Below, in pieces: positions 9,071 through 18,383 of a stretch of 64,000 nucleotides of DNA. Under the pieces are notes generated by a model that was not told where the DNA came from, ran no database searches, and was given only the letters and a program-made list of their open reading frames with translations. Location of the stretch: positions 1,591-65,590 of the forward strand of contig CAYPWV010000004.1 in the NCBI GenBank assembly GCA_964414795.1. Reading direction: 5' to 3'. A program made the translations under genes and the position numbers. This DNA comes from an uncultured Gammaproteobacteria bacterium (GTDB taxonomy: Bacteria; Patescibacteriota; Patescibacteriia; UBA9934). Positions within the stretch are counted from its first letter, which is position 1. Each line of letters begins with the position of its first letter.

Positions 9071-10345
9071 TTAGTCGTTGAGTTTTTGTGCGACCTTTCC
9101 GGTCATCTTTTCGAACCGTCGAATGATCACATCGCAGAATGCTGGATTGATCTCGCACAGTCTCGCCCGCCGATGCATCTGCTCGCACGCAAGCAACGTG
9201 CTTCCACCGCCACCAAAAAGGTCAATCACGATGTCTCCGGGCTTTGTACAACGTTTGAGAGGCTTCTCGTGAAGGCTCAAAGGCTTTTGCGTAGGGTGTT
9301 CGTATTCGTTTGCTGGATCACGCTTCGCGAGCCAAATATCGAAGATACTGAAAATATCGTCGTGCGTGCGGTTTCCTGCGTCCACATTTTGGTTCATGAT
9401 CTCGTGGAGGTTTGCGATGTCTTCGTTGAGATACGGTTTACCGATTGTTCCATATACGCACGGCTCGTAAGCTTTGTTGAATGCCGTCTGCGGAGTCATG
9501 TTGAAGTTGTTTTTGACCCAAAGACACACGCGTTTGTTTTGAACTCCGTGCTTTGCGAATAGTTGCTGGAACATCCAGATATATCGCTGATCACAATAAT
9601 AGAAAACGTGAGCATCAGGCTTCGCAACGGCTAAGGTGTTTGCGAGAATTGTACTAATAAATGTGCCGTATTCTTCATCAGATAACGAATCGTTCACATC
9701 GCCTTGGTACTTACCGTCTGTAGAAATGCCATTGCTATAGTCCAACCCAAGATTGTAAGGCGGATCGCAGGAGATAACGTCGGCGCGATCATCACCCATG
9801 AGCTGAACGACGACGTTTGGATCTAACGAATCTCCGCAGACAAGACGATGGTCTCCGAGCTGAAAAATGTCCCCGAGTTTTGTTGTCGGCTCCTCGTGTG
9901 AGGGTTCTTCCTTTGGTGCAGCTTGGTCATCGATTCCGCCGATATCTGCCCAGACAGCCGACAAATCCTTGTCATCGAACCCAACATCAAGAAGCATGGA
10001 CAAGTCGAATTCCTTCAGAAGTTCATAATCGAATTCGCCAGTATTGCGATTGAGACGAAGTGTCAGCTCTTTCTCGCGCTCAAGATCGGGAATGTTTACG
10101 TAGACGACAGGAACTTCTTTAAAGCCAAGCTCTTTAGCGACAAGCAAACGGAACGCACCTCCTATCACAATATTCAGCCGTTCAGGAGTAGAATTACATA
10201 TTATCGGGTCAACTAGACCGAAACGCGTAATACTCTCCGTGAGTTTTTCTTTTGCCTTCTTATCGTGCTTACGAGCACTGTACGTGGTGGGGATGAGTTT
10301 ATTAATGTCGACGTATACAGTCTGAATGTTTTCCTGTGTGCTCAT
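9071..10345 (-). CDS. ParB-like nuclease domain fused to DNA methyltransferase
   Basis: N-terminal ParB/Srx fold (PIICNSTPERLNIVIGGAFRLLVAKELG), then DPPYNLG and DLFGGGGSTLLACEQ. This phage/plasmid-type architecture is common. Confidence 0.85.
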   Translation of the reverse strand: MSTQENIQTVYVDINKLIPTTYSARKHDKKAKEKLTESITRFGLVDPIICNSTPERLNIVIGGAFRLLVAKELGFKEVPVVYVNIPDLEREKELTLRLNRNTGEFDYELLKEFDLSMLLDVGFDDKDLSAVWADIGGIDDQAAPKEEPSHEEPTTKLGDIFQLGDHRLVCGDSLDPNVVVQLMGDDRADVISCDPPYNLGLDYSNGISTDGKYQGDVNDSLSDEEYGTFISTILANTLAVAKPDAHVFYYCDQRYIWMFQQLFAKHGVQNKRVCLWVKNNFNMTPQTAFNKAYEPCVYGTIGKPYLNEDIANLHEIMNQNVDAGNRTHDDIFSIFDIWLAKRDPANEYEHPTQKPLSLHEKPLKRCTKPGDIVIDLFGGGGSTLLACEQMHRRARLCEINPAFCDVIIRRFEKMTGKVAQKLND

Positions 10346-10492
10346 ACATGTGTTCTTAATTTCTTAATGAACACATCAAATCATGCCTTTCACCCTAGGC
10401 GACATGCAGCGCTCCTATAGTGACCGCTCCCTGAAAACGTAAAAATAGCCATGGGACGGCTACTTTTTACGAGTTATGCACTATAGGAACTT

Positions 10493-11161
10493 TTAGATAT
10501 TTGGGTTTCGTTTGTCGACTTCGACAAAAAGATGTTTCACGAGTCGAAAACCCAATGTCCGTTCGTTGATAGCGATCTTAGTTGTGAGCTTAAAGACATT
10601 GAATCCAATCCTGTTCAATCGACGGACTGCATCATAAAAAGCCGGTTCGCTGTTGTATCCCGTGTATTCGCACAGCGCCTTGGTTTTCCGATACGTTTTC
10701 TTTAAGCTGGAGAGCATTCGCTGCATTTTCGGTGAAAGCAGGTGCGTTTTACTGGGATCGTCCTGATCGACTAAAAACCCTTCAATGGTAATGCGAAGAT
10801 GGTGCCTCTGAGCTAATGGCTCATTGATTTGCGTTACCCGATCTTCGATTTCATCGATCAAAACATCCGACGGTTCTGATTCTTCGGTTATTTCATCGGT
10901 CGAAGTTCCTTCAGGATCATGAATGAGGCTTTTTCTGTATAAACCTTGAAGATACTTCGTCCATTCTTCAATGGCATCGTTGCGTTCGAAAAGCTTGTTT
11001 ATGAATTCTGGTATCGGTATTGGTTTGAGGAGTTTATCCAAATCAGTGACAGAAGCGATTTTCTCGCTCAAAGCCTTGTCCCTAGCTATCATTTCATCGA
11101 CATATAAGGAAATCCCTGCTTTATCGGGTGGATTGGCGAGATTATTATTCTTTACGACCAT
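10493..11161 (-). CDS. Hypothetical protein, acidic middle and possible winged-helix C-terminus; first gene of the methyltransferase operon
   Basis: The track ORF extends to 11323, but that overlaps the divergent OLD gene. The internal ATG at 11161 (MVVKNNN) leaves an AT-rich divergent promoter gap. Confidence 0.35.
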   Translation of the reverse strand: MVVKNNNLANPPDKAGISLYVDEMIARDKALSEKIASVTDLDKLLKPIPIPEFINKLFERNDAIEEWTKYLQGLYRKSLIHDPEGTSTDEITEESEPSDVLIDEIEDRVTQINEPLAQRHHLRITIEGFLVDQDDPSKTHLLSPKMQRMLSSLKKTYRKTKALCEYTGYNSEPAFYDAVRRLNRIGFNVFKLTTKIAINERTLGFRLVKHLFVEVDKRNPNI

Positions 11162-11251
11162 ATTGCTCTTAGAATAGCAAAAATAAGGGGTAATTGATAG
11201 AATAACCGTATCTAACTTTTGATTATCCTCGAAATCGATCCGGGAAATGGT

Positions 11252-13267
11252 ATGTATATTGAGGATATCCAAATAGAGAATTTTCGCCTTCTTCAAGATG
11301 CGAATATTCAACTCGAAAAACAAACGACCGTAATAGTCGGTCGTAATAATAGTGGAAAGACATCTCTCACTGAGATTTTTCGGAGACTGCTCCAGGATGG
11401 AAGTCCTGTTTTTCGACTAGAGGACTTTTCCCTGTCCGCACATGAGCTTTTTTGGACTGCATTTAGTTCAAAGTTGGCGGGTAAGGACGAAAGCGAAATT
11501 AGAAGTTCTTTACCAGCCATTAAAGTCACATTGACTGTCTCTTATGATAAAACAGCAAACCTCGGTGCATTAAGTGAATTCATTATCGATCTCGATGATG
11601 CGTGCACAAAAACCAAGATCGAAATTCGCTATGAGCTGGAGGATGGAAAGTTACAGGCGCTCTTTGCATCCATAGAGCTTGACCCGAAGGGAACGGAGGA
11701 AAATAACAAAGTTGCTTTTTTCAAAAAAATGAAAGAGGTGCTGCCTAAACTTTACAAAACATCATTGTTTGCGATTGATCCAAATGATGAGTCGAATGAA
11801 AAAGCGGTGGAGTGGAATAGGCTTGCATCGGTCATTCAGGCTGGTTTTATTAATGCTCAGCGCGGTTTGGACGATACAACACATAAGGATAACGCGGTTC
11901 TCGGTAAAATATTTGGAGTTCTTTTCGAGACAGCCCTATCGGCATCCGCACTCCCTACCGATCAAACAACGGCACAAGTTCTAACAGATGCAGTACATGA
12001 AATTCAAGAGGAGGTCGATACAAAGTTTAATAGTCAGTTGAACGCGCTTGTACCGGCATTCAAACTATTCGGATATCCCGGCTTGTCAGATCCGAAATTA
12101 CGAACGGAAACAACTTTTGATGTTGAACGACTTTTAACGAATTATACAAAGGTGGTTTATTCTGGGACGAACGGAGTTCATTTACCAGAAGCCTTCAATG
12201 GTTTGGGAGCGCGAAATCTGATATACATTTTGCTGAAGCTTTACGAATTTTTCAAAACGTTTAAAACGACTCCCTGTTCGCCAGGAGTCCATATCATTTT
12301 TATCGAGGAACCAGAGGCTCATCTGCACCCACAGATGCAGGAAGTCTTTATTAAAAAATTAAGCGAAGTTGCGGCAGCTTTTGCTAAGGATTGTGGAGAC
12401 GGCGAGGAGTGGCCGGTACAATTTATCGTTACAACTCATTCATCCCACATGGCAAACCGGGCATCCTTCAGTGCCATCCGATATTTTCTTGTAACGGAAA
12501 CAAAGCAGTCCGACATTACATACTGCCGAACGAAAATCAAGGATCTAAATACAGGCTTGACGGGCATATCTGCTGACGACAAAAAATTCCTTCATCAGTA
12601 TATGACCCTGACCCGATGCGATCTTTTATTCGCAGACAAGATTATCTTGATTGAAGGTACTTCCGAACGATTATTACTGCCAAAAATCATTGAAAAGTTA
12701 GACAACGGAAAACAGCCGGAAGAAAAATTGTCGAGCCAATACATTTCGATCATGGAGGTCGGTGGTGCATATGCGCATAAATTCTTTGACCTTCTCAACT
12801 TTTTGGAGTTAAAAACGCTTATCATTACTGATCTCGATAGCGCGAAGCTTTCTGGTAGAAAATACAAGGCGGAACCCGTACAGAGCGGAACCCGTACAAC
12901 AAATTCCTGTCTTAAGACTTGGTTTGAGAAAGACGATATTTCTCCAACTGAACTTCTTGCGAAGGTTGACGCAGAAAAAATAAAGGAGGATCGTCGTATC
13001 GCCTATCAAATTCCTGAGACGCCTGGGGATTTATGTGGTCGTAGCTTTGAAGAGGCGTTTATTTTAGCAAATACTGCTTTATTTGATCTTACATCAACAA
13101 CTGCTTGGGATCTCGCGGGTGAACAAAAGAAATCAGAATTCGCTTTGAAGCACGCGATTGATGTACATGAATGGAATTCTCCTCGTTACATTACAGAAGG
13201 TTTGATTTGGCTCTCTCAGAATCAGTCCCCCATAGGGGCAATTGTTGCTCCAACTCCCGAGGAATAA
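11252..13267 (+). CDS. OLD-family ATP-dependent endonuclease (ABC ATPase + TOPRIM), GajA-like / class 2 OLD
   Basis: Walker A GRNNSGKTS, H-loop TTHSSHM, TOPRIM Glu in ILIEGTSERLLLP and DxD in ITDLDSAKL. Start chosen at ATG 11252 (MYIEDIQIENFRLL). Confidence 0.8.
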   Translation: MYIEDIQIENFRLLQDANIQLEKQTTVIVGRNNSGKTSLTEIFRRLLQDGSPVFRLEDFSLSAHELFWTAFSSKLAGKDESEIRSSLPAIKVTLTVSYDKTANLGALSEFIIDLDDACTKTKIEIRYELEDGKLQALFASIELDPKGTEENNKVAFFKKMKEVLPKLYKTSLFAIDPNDESNEKAVEWNRLASVIQAGFINAQRGLDDTTHKDNAVLGKIFGVLFETALSASALPTDQTTAQVLTDAVHEIQEEVDTKFNSQLNALVPAFKLFGYPGLSDPKLRTETTFDVERLLTNYTKVVYSGTNGVHLPEAFNGLGARNLIYILLKLYEFFKTFKTTPCSPGVHIIFIEEPEAHLHPQMQEVFIKKLSEVAAAFAKDCGDGEEWPVQFIVTTHSSHMANRASFSAIRYFLVTETKQSDITYCRTKIKDLNTGLTGISADDKKFLHQYMTLTRCDLLFADKIILIEGTSERLLLPKIIEKLDNGKQPEEKLSSQYISIMEVGGAYAHKFFDLLNFLELKTLIITDLDSAKLSGRKYKAEPVQSGTRTTNSCLKTWFEKDDISPTELLAKVDAEKIKEDRRIAYQIPETPGDLCGRSFEEAFILANTALFDLTSTTAWDLAGEQKKSEFALKHAIDVHEWNSPRYITEGLIWLSQNQSPIGAIVAPTPEE

Positions 13268-13269
13268 AT

Positions 13270-15003
13270 ATGCCGGAAATTAACTCAACCAATCCCGCAG
13301 AAGAGGCATCAAAGTCTGCATTGGAAAAAATGTTTTTTGCCATAGGTAATAATCAGAATTTTTTGTTGGAAGCAGGAGCAGGAGCCGGAAAAACATTCTC
13401 ACTTATCAAAGCTCTTCAATATTTGATCGAAAAGAGAGGCGCGGAGTTTTTGCGTAAGCACCAATCGATCGCGTGCATTACCTACACAAATGTCGCCAGT
13501 GATGAAATTCGATCTCGAATCGACAGTCATCCAGCTGTTTTCTCTTCAACAATCCATGCCTTTTGCTGGTCACTTATCAAAGACTTTCAACCCGAGTTAA
13601 GAAAAAATCTTGCTTTAATAGAAAAATGGTCTGAAAGAATCATAGAGGCAGGAGGACTTGGCGATAAAAAAGTTAAATATGAATTAGGGTATCCGAAGAT
13701 CGACGAAGATATCTTACTTGGACACGGAGACGTGATTACACTCACTATCGCTCTCTTGGACAGTCAAAAGTTCCGTGATATTTTTGTAAGTCGTTACCCA
13801 GTGGTGCTGATCGACGAGTATCAGGATACAGATGAAAACTTCGTTGAAGCCCTTAAGAAGTACATGTTTGTAGGCGAACGCAAGCCACTAATCGGATTCT
13901 TCGGAGACCATTGGCAAAAAATTTATGAGGAGGGCGGCGAGCAGGTTGAACATCCAGAATTATCTGTTATAGGAATGGGGGCAAACTTTAGATCAGCTCC
14001 TGTCATTGTGGATGTTCTCAACAAAATGCGACCAGAACTCGCTCAAGCAGTGAAGGATGCTACGCTACTTGGAACCGCTAACGTTTATCACACGAACTCA
14101 TGGGCAGGTGTACGGCAAACCAAGCCCCACTGGAAGGGTGACCTACCCGCCGATGAGGCTCACAATTACCTTGAGAAGTTAAAACAGATTCTCATTGATA
14201 CTGGATGGGATTTTACATCTGGTAAAACTAAAATCCTGATGCTAACCCATAACGTTTTGGCAAAGGAGCAGGGATATAGCGGCATTGTCGAAGCTTTTGA
14301 TGGAAAAAATGATCGTTTCGTCAAAAAGGAAGATCGCCATATTAAATTTCTAGTAGAAGTGGTTGAACCACTCTGCTTGGCTTACGAACAAAAACGTTTC
14401 GGTGAAATGTTCAAAGTGATTGGCGGTGGACATCCGACGATTCATTCTCACGCGGACAAGACGGGCTGGAAAAGAGATATGGAAACACTGATGACTATTC
14501 GTTCCAGTGGAACTGTGGGAGATGTGATTGATCACCTCAAATCGACTGGTAGACCACACCTGCCAGAATCAGTTGAGCGAAAAGAAAGTAAACTTTTATT
14601 GCCGGTCGATCAGCTAGTCAACGATGAAGTTGAATCGATTGATAGACTTCGTGCTTTACGCGGCGTTCCTTACCAAGAAGTTGTCGCCTTGGCAAAATTC
14701 ATTGATGAAAAAACTCCATTTTCTACAAAGCACGGGGTAAAGGGTGCAGAGTTTGAAAATGTTCTTGTTGTGATCGGTAGAGGTTGGAATCATTACGATT
14801 TCAATCAAATGCTGGAATGGTTTCACACGGGTACACCATCGGACAAACTAAAAGCTTTTCATCGAAATAGAAACCTCTTTTACGTTGCCTGTTCACGTGC
14901 AAAGGCAAATCTTGCCTTGTTTCTTACACAAGAACTATCCGATGATGCGTTATCCCAACTCACTTCTTGGTTTTCCCAGGAAAACATTCATCCTATGACC
15001 TAG
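13270..15003 (+). CDS. UvrD/Rep/PcrA-like SF1 helicase, GajB-like partner of the OLD nuclease
   Basis: Walker A EAGAGAGKTFSL and helicase motif ACITYTNVASDEI. ATG at 13270 is 2 nt after the OLD stop; the track start at 13171 is an upstream extension. Confidence 0.8.
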   Translation: MPEINSTNPAEEASKSALEKMFFAIGNNQNFLLEAGAGAGKTFSLIKALQYLIEKRGAEFLRKHQSIACITYTNVASDEIRSRIDSHPAVFSSTIHAFCWSLIKDFQPELRKNLALIEKWSERIIEAGGLGDKKVKYELGYPKIDEDILLGHGDVITLTIALLDSQKFRDIFVSRYPVVLIDEYQDTDENFVEALKKYMFVGERKPLIGFFGDHWQKIYEEGGEQVEHPELSVIGMGANFRSAPVIVDVLNKMRPELAQAVKDATLLGTANVYHTNSWAGVRQTKPHWKGDLPADEAHNYLEKLKQILIDTGWDFTSGKTKILMLTHNVLAKEQGYSGIVEAFDGKNDRFVKKEDRHIKFLVEVVEPLCLAYEQKRFGEMFKVIGGGHPTIHSHADKTGWKRDMETLMTIRSSGTVGDVIDHLKSTGRPHLPESVERKESKLLLPVDQLVNDEVESIDRLRALRGVPYQEVVALAKFIDEKTPFSTKHGVKGAEFENVLVVIGRGWNHYDFNQMLEWFHTGTPSDKLKAFHRNRNLFYVACSRAKANLALFLTQELSDDALSQLTSWFSQENIHPMT

Positions 15004-15027
15004 AATGAGACTACATTTTCATGAAAT

Positions 15028-15834
15028 ATGCATCTCGTTGATTTTGGTATAGATAATCGTAAATTAGCTTCTCTCATCTGGTTGGTGATCGCTTTTCTCT
15101 GGATGTTGTTCAATAACGATATCCGAAAAAGTTTGTTGCAAGTAGTTAAGGCAGTTTCTCATCCGAAAGCATTAACAACACTCTTTTTATGTTCTGTCTA
15201 TGTGTCTTTAATCATTTTCTCACTTGAACATCTCGGCTATTGGCATTTGGGAATGCTCGCGGATTCGATTTTTTGGTTTATTGGAACGGCTCTAGTGCTG
15301 GTAGTGAACTCGAACGACATGGTGGACTCTGAGAAGTTTAAAATAAAGTTGCTTCAATATTTCTCGCTCTCAATCATTTTAGACTTTTTCGTTAACTTAT
15401 ATAGCTTCAGCTTCTTAACAGAAATGGTGATTCTGCCATTAATAACTTTAGTCTTTCTTCTTTTTGCAGTAGCTAATGGCAATATAAAGTACAAAGCGGT
15501 TACTTCTTTAACGACAGTTCTTCTCACGATCGCAGGTCTATTTTATTTATGGAGATCGTCCATCGGGCTATATACCGATCTGCCAGTAATAAATACTTTT
15601 GGAACATTCGAAAACTTTTTATTGATCCCAATATTAACCTTGCTATTCATCCCGTTTCTATACGTCATAGTAATGACCATGGGGTACGGCGCTCTATTTT
15701 CACGAATCCAATTCTTTTTTAAGAATGATCTATCCTTGCAAAGAAGTATAAAATGGAAGGCGGTTAAAACTTGTAACGTAAATTTGAAACGACTAAATAT
15801 TTTCTCTTCATCTTTTTACAAAACCTACGTTTAA
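15028..15834 (+). CDS. Hypothetical polytopic membrane protein (about 7 TM) immediately downstream of the helicase
   Basis: 25-nt gap after the helicase gene; AT-rich; no recognisable family. Confidence 0.4.
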   Translation: MHLVDFGIDNRKLASLIWLVIAFLWMLFNNDIRKSLLQVVKAVSHPKALTTLFLCSVYVSLIIFSLEHLGYWHLGMLADSIFWFIGTALVLVVNSNDMVDSEKFKIKLLQYFSLSIILDFFVNLYSFSFLTEMVILPLITLVFLLFAVANGNIKYKAVTSLTTVLLTIAGLFYLWRSSIGLYTDLPVINTFGTFENFLLIPILTLLFIPFLYVIVMTMGYGALFSRIQFFFKNDLSLQRSIKWKAVKTCNVNLKRLNIFSSSFYKTYV

Positions 15835-16257
15835 GACCATACAAGCAACTGACTTTGTTCGTGTCTTGTTCGTATTTTTACCATTGTAAAAGTCCACTGA
15901 TTTCAGTATTTCTGCGCATGGTACCCCATACTGTATCGTCTCATTTGTCTCATTTCGATACGACCGGAACAGGGTCGGCAAGCATATAGAAGGGTGCTCC
16001 AAAGTCCCCTCAAAGTCTTCAATCTAGACCGGGCCGCAGAACCACAAAGTAGAAACCAAAAACTGGTTTCTATTTTGTTTTTGGTTTCACTTTGTGGTAA
16101 ACCCTACAGTGAACCGAACGCAGTGAGGTTCTACTGTAGGGGAACTATGAGCAGAAACCTCACAGTTTCTGTTTTGCGTTTTGTGGAGTATCCAAACAAC
16201 ATAAAAAATGCTAATCTAAAATCATAATAAGGTTTTAGATGACGTAATTAGAAAAAT

Positions 16258-16473
16258 ATGGCCAGGATTACTTTTGAATCAGTTTTCAAAAAGAATTTAG
16301 ATGGATCCTTCGAACCAACACAACGAATCCGTGTAGGTGGTGTTGAATTTGGTCCTGGTATTCGATTTACTCCTGGCGTCTCTTTTGTTGGCATCGACTT
16401 CACTCAATTGGTTGGAAAAGATTTCGAGGTTGAAACTGACGGTAGTGTTATGGTTTTAAAGGGTGCATATTGA
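16258..16473 (+). CDS. Hypothetical small protein (71 aa)
   Basis: ORF in the AT-rich cassette, preceded by a structured leader. Confidence 0.3.
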   Translation: MARITFESVFKKNLDGSFEPTQRIRVGGVEFGPGIRFTPGVSFVGIDFTQLVGKDFEVETDGSVMVLKGAY

Positions 16474-16825
16474 TATGACACCTAACGAACCAACACTAAA
16501 TAATAGCTCTCAATCAGACTCGGATGAGCTTCCTATTAAGTTTCCAATAGATCCTAAAGATTTATATAAACATCTTGACAGACAAACAAATTTGATCATC
16601 GGAATTTTTTCAATCGCGATCATAACAATGCTTTGTATGGTAGGGGGACTTCTTATTGATGCCTTTCATTTTAACTCAGCAACTTATAGAGAGTATTCTG
16701 AAAAGATAGATACACTTAATCAACTTCAAATAACAAATAAAAGTCTTCAAGAGCAGATTCAAACAAACGAAAACGCAATCCTCCAACAAAATACACAAAT
16801 TCTAAACATCCTCAATACCAAATAG
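16463..16825 (+). CDS. Hypothetical type-II membrane protein (N-terminal TM + Q/N-rich coiled coil)
   Basis: TM IIGIFSIAIITMLCMVGGLLI followed by a heptad-like Q/N-rich tail. Confidence 0.35.
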   Translation: MHIDMTPNEPTLNNSSQSDSDELPIKFPIDPKDLYKHLDRQTNLIIGIFSIAIITMLCMVGGLLIDAFHFNSATYREYSEKIDTLNQLQITNKSLQEQIQTNENAILQQNTQILNILNTK

Positions 16826-16846
16826 ACCTGCCTAATCAATTCTTTT

Positions 16847-17146
16847 ATGATTTATTTACTTCTTTTAATCATTATTGCATTACTCACTTATAATGCATTT
16901 TTTACATCAGAAAAAATTGAGCAACGAGAGATAAAACGGATGCAGAAATTATTTAATACGCCGCTGTATCCGAATGCAGTAAAATTTATAGCAAACGACG
17001 AAAGAAATAACTTATATCCTGACGAAATTGTTAAATTAGGATTAAAATATACAACGAGAAGAGAAGCGACAAATAAGTTAATTGAAACCAAGAAGCAATA
17101 CCCAAATCTAAGTGAAGAAGAAATCCAAATATTCGCCCAACTATAA
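16847..17146 (+). CDS. Hypothetical small membrane-anchored protein (99 aa)
   Basis: N-terminal TM MIYLLLLIIIALLTY, then a charged soluble domain. Confidence 0.3.
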   Translation: MIYLLLLIIIALLTYNAFFTSEKIEQREIKRMQKLFNTPLYPNAVKFIANDERNNLYPDEIVKLGLKYTTRREATNKLIETKKQYPNLSEEEIQIFAQL

Positions 17147-17179
17147 AAAGATTCAACACGATTAAACTTTATAGGCTCT

Positions 17180-17488
17180 ATGATTCCATTAGCAGATATT
17201 ATCCAAATTGCCATATTTTGTGCCATTGTCATTTATACGTGGGAAACGCACACTCTTCGCGAATGGCAGCAAAAACAAGTACAACTCACTATCCTCAATA
17301 TGGAGATGGATCGCCGTGGTAAGGACGCTATAATTCCAAGTTATTATCCGAAGGCGGTTTTGGAGATTTATCACGACGCATATTTCGATCCCAACGAAAT
17401 GTACTCACCTATTTATCGCATCCCACTTAACTTTGTTCAAAAGATAAAAAAGTTTTTTCACAGCTCTCGACAAAACACCCGTCGCTAA
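17180..17488 (+). CDS. Hypothetical small membrane-anchored protein (102 aa)
   Basis: N-terminal TM IIQIAIFCAIVIY; third consecutive single-TM small ORF in the AT-rich cassette. Confidence 0.3.
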   Translation: MIPLADIIQIAIFCAIVIYTWETHTLREWQQKQVQLTILNMEMDRRGKDAIIPSYYPKAVLEIYHDAYFDPNEMYSPIYRIPLNFVQKIKKFFHSSRQNTRR

Positions 17489-17701
17489 ATGCAAACTTCT
17501 TACTTTGGCCTCGTTATCCAAAGTTTTACACGACCGGGATAGGGTTTACCGGGCACAAAGGCAGAAATGCTGGTATTTTTTGTCCTGAATTTCTAATCTT
17601 TTCAACGATCAATAGATCATCTTTTAACATGATCAAACTTTTCAGTTACGCAGTTTTGGCACTCACCACACAATCTGCTACTCTCCTCTGAGGAGGTGCT
17701 C

Positions 17702-18328
17702 ATGTTTTTTCTCAGCCTTCTTCTCATCGCCTGCACCGCGCCTGGTGAACGCGTCACAATCAAGGCTACGCTTCTGTCTGCTCAGATAGAAGACGGAGCA
17801 ATCGTAGAAAAAACGCGAATGAAGGAAGGAGTCGAATTTTCGATCACGAAAGGGCTTCAAAATCCGGCGGCAAAAACCGATCCGGCAACTATCGTCGTAA
17901 CCGGAAAAACGCCGGAAATGGTCAACCTGACTCCTGGAATCTATTGCGTTACATTCAACTACACGGCGCCAAAAGGTGCGCCGTACGTTGGTGAACGGAC
18001 ATGCTTTTTCGTCGGTCTCCAGCCAGAGACCGTCACTACCACGCTCTGCGCAGATCTTACGGGCGACTGGATCTGCGAAGACATGTGGGGCGCGGTGGGA
18101 ACGCCGGATATATTTTATACGAATAACGACGTGACGATGCATGACTGCAAAGTTGAACTCACGGGTATCAGCTGGGGCGGACAACCAATTACGGTCGTCG
18201 GCAACAAGCTCACCTTCGAGCTTGGGGATTACGCCGCAGACGGCATCGTAGATGAGACCGGGTCCCTCATCACGTTCCGCGTCGACTACGGAATAGGCTA
18301 CTGGTCAACCTGCCAAAAGCTCTACTGA
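17702..18328 (+). CDS. Predicted lipoprotein (lipobox LLIAC), function unknown
   Basis: Strong SD GAGGAGG 8 nt upstream of ATG 17702; signal peptide plus Cys lipobox. The antisense ORF 17678..18184 is rejected. Confidence 0.5.
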   Translation: MFFLSLLLIACTAPGERVTIKATLLSAQIEDGAIVEKTRMKEGVEFSITKGLQNPAAKTDPATIVVTGKTPEMVNLTPGIYCVTFNYTAPKGAPYVGERTCFFVGLQPETVTTTLCADLTGDWICEDMWGAVGTPDIFYTNNDVTMHDCKVELTGISWGGQPITVVGNKLTFELGDYAADGIVDETGSLITFRVDYGIGYWSTCQKLY

Positions 18329-18383
18329 GGATTCCGCTCAAGCCCGACATGCGTCGGGCTTTTTCGTTGCCTCTCCATAGAAA

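Noticed and set aside
17678-18184. Minus-strand 168-aa ORF opposite the lipoprotein gene
   Set aside because: The plus-strand gene has a strong SD (GAGGAGG) and a signal peptide with lipobox; the minus ORF has neither.
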